Positions 62,701-64,000 of a stretch of 64,000 bases of DNA are shown here, piece after piece; the stretch's first letter is position 1; every line of letters begins with the position of its first letter. The translations under genes and the position numbers were made by a program. This stretch comes from Eledone cirrhosa (Eukaryota), in the NCBI GenBank assembly GCA_964016885.1, contig OZ024743.1, positions 374,666,001 through 374,730,000 of the forward strand, given 5' to 3'. The notes under the pieces are model-generated. The model worked only from the letters and a program-made list of their open reading frames with translations, searched no databases and was not told the origin of the DNA.

Positions 62701-64000
62701 CTGCTACGTCATAGTCAATATACATCACATCTCTATCTACAACAATAGACACTGCTACGTCATAGTCAATATACATCACATCTCTGTCTACAATAGACAC
62801 TGCTACGTCATATTCAATATACATCACATCTTTGTCTACATCAATAGACACTGCTACGTCCTAGTCAATATACATCACATCTCTGTCTGTGTGTCTACAA
62901 CAATAGACACGGCTACGTCATAGTCAATATACATCACATCTCTATCCACAACAATAGACACTGCTGCGTCATAGTCAATATACATCACATCTCTGTCCAC
63001 AACAATAGACACTGCTACGTCATAGTCAAATTTCATCACATCTCTCTCCACAACAATAGACACTGCTACGTCATAGTCAATATACATCACATCTATGTCC
63101 ACAACAATAGACACTGCTACGTCACAGTCAATATACATCACATCTCTGTCTACAACAATAGACACTGCTACGTCATAGTCAATTTACATCACATCTCTGT
63201 CCACAACAATAGACACTTCTACGTCATATTCAATATACATCACATCTCTGTCTACAACAATAGACACTGCTACGTCATAGTCAATTTACATCACATCTCT
63301 GTCTACAACAATAGACACTGCTACGTCATAGTCAATATACATCACATCTCTGTCCACAACAATAGACACTGCTACGTCATAGTCAATATACATCACATCT
63401 ATGTCCACAACAATAGACACTGCTACGTCACAGTCAATATACATCACATCTCTGTCTACAACAATAGACACTGCTACGTCATAGTCAATTTACATCACAT
63501 CTCTGTCCACAACAATAGACACTTCTACGTCATATTCAATATACATCACATCTCTGTCTACAACAATAGACACTTCTACGTCATAGTCAATTTACATCAC
63601 ATCTCTGTCTACAACAATAGGCACTGCTACGTCATAGTCAGTATACATCACATCTCTGTCTACAACAATAGACACTGCTACGTCATAGTCAATTTACATC
63701 ACATCTCTGTCCACAACAATAGACACTGCTACGTCATATTCAATATACATCACATCTCTGTCTACAACAATAGACACTGCTACGTCATAGTCAATTTACA
63801 TCACATCTCTGTCCACAACAATAGACACTGCTACGTATAGTCAATATACATCACATCTCTGTCCACAACAATAGACACTGCTACGTATAGTCAATATACA
63901 TCACTTCTCTGTCTACAGCAATAGACACTGCAACGTCATCGTCAATATACATCACATCTCTGTCTACAACAATAGACACTGCTACGTCATAGTCAATATA
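59728..64000. repeat. Second copy (truncated by the window end) of the block starting at about 48850, offset 10878
   Basis: ORF pairs 48929/59807, 49639/60517, 50619/61497, 51539/62417 and 52408/63286 all have offset 10878. Shared rare variants include CACAGTCGAT, CATGCTCAAT, ACAACAGTAG and GTCTACTACAAT. Confidence 0.92.

Larger units (their letters stand above)
1..64000. repeat. Tandem satellite DNA array of a 51-bp monomer (about 1,250 copies), single orientation, extending beyond both window edges
   Basis: The consensus CATAGTCAATATACATCACATCTCTGTCYACAACAATAGACACTGCTACGT repeats head-to-tail throughout; the first full canonical copy is 49-99. Most monomers differ from consensus by 0-2 substitutions. 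Length variants seen: 59 bp (+TGTGTGTC), 48 bp (-CAA), 50 bp, 49 bp and 45 bp. Consensus composition is A18 C14 G5 T14 (about 37% GC). Confidence 0.99.
13321..64000. repeat. Right sub-family domain of the satellite
   Basis: The TGTCCA allele is much more frequent. CAATTTAC, CATATTCA and CAGTATAC variants are common. The 50-bp CTACGTATAG variant first appears at about 14935 and recurs to the end of the window. Confidence 0.75.

Noticed and set aside
785-62900. Recurrent +8/-1 indels as programmed frameshift or phase-variation switches
   Set aside because: There is no credible gene to switch, and the indels are inherited as fixed markers within duplicated blocks.
4947-62923. Plus-strand His/Cys-rich ORFs (NIHHISVYNNRHCYVIV)n of up to 608 aa, resembling a metal-binding repeat
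   Set aside because: Same artefact. Starts are incidental GTG/TTG/ATG variants, ends are set by frameshifting 59- and 50-bp monomers, and common variants are missense. There is no zinc-finger spacing and no non-repeat sequence.
831-63471. Minus-strand ORFs encoding (DYDVAVSIVVDRDVMYI)n, superficially a beta-solenoid or amyloid-like repeat protein
   Set aside because: The frame is open only because the monomer is 51 bp. It is broken every few monomers by the common CAATTTA variant (TAA) and by +8, -1 and -2 frameshifts that are themselves amplified. There is no unique N- or C-terminal domain, start context or visible bias toward synonymous changes.
1-64000. CRISPR-like array (repeat with an internal palindrome)
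   Set aside because: There are no unique spacers: the whole 51-bp unit is repeated. No leader or cas genes are present.
1-64000. Rolling-circle or concatemer sequencing artefact, or telomerase-type repeat
   Set aside because: Variants are shared in ordered, hierarchically duplicated blocks with private substitutions. This indicates a genomic duplication history rather than repeated copying of one short template with random errors. Individual perfect duplications still need read validation.

Overview
The whole 64-kb window is one uninterrupted head-to-tail tandem array (satellite DNA) of a 51-bp monomer, consensus CATAGTCAATATACATCACATCTCTGTC(T/C)ACAACAATAGACACTGCTACGT. It holds about 1,250 monomers by manual count and runs off both window ends. 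I see no unique sequence, inversion, transposon insertion, RNA gene or credible protein-coding gene. Every ORF in the track is explained by 51 being a multiple of 3, which leaves two stop-free frames in the consensus. The informative structure is internal. (1) Each monomer has a dyad, TGTCTA-CAACAA-TAGACA, whose stem is broken by the main T/C dimorphism and kept by the two common length variants. (2) Two sub-family domains meet at about 13.3-14.6 kb. (3) There is a series of large, slightly diverged tandem duplications with offsets of about 1.9, 3.3, 5.0, 3.9, 3.1, 4.08 and 10.9 kb. (4) An ordered cassette of about 12 monomers recurs 13 times and changes along the array. (5) A 6-monomer (306-bp) higher-order unit appears in the right part. 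(6) Insertions and deletions nearly cancel across the right domain. The organism cannot be identified; a eukaryotic satellite is the most likely class (inference). I found no evidence for a new protein-coding system. All counts are by eye and should be confirmed computationally.
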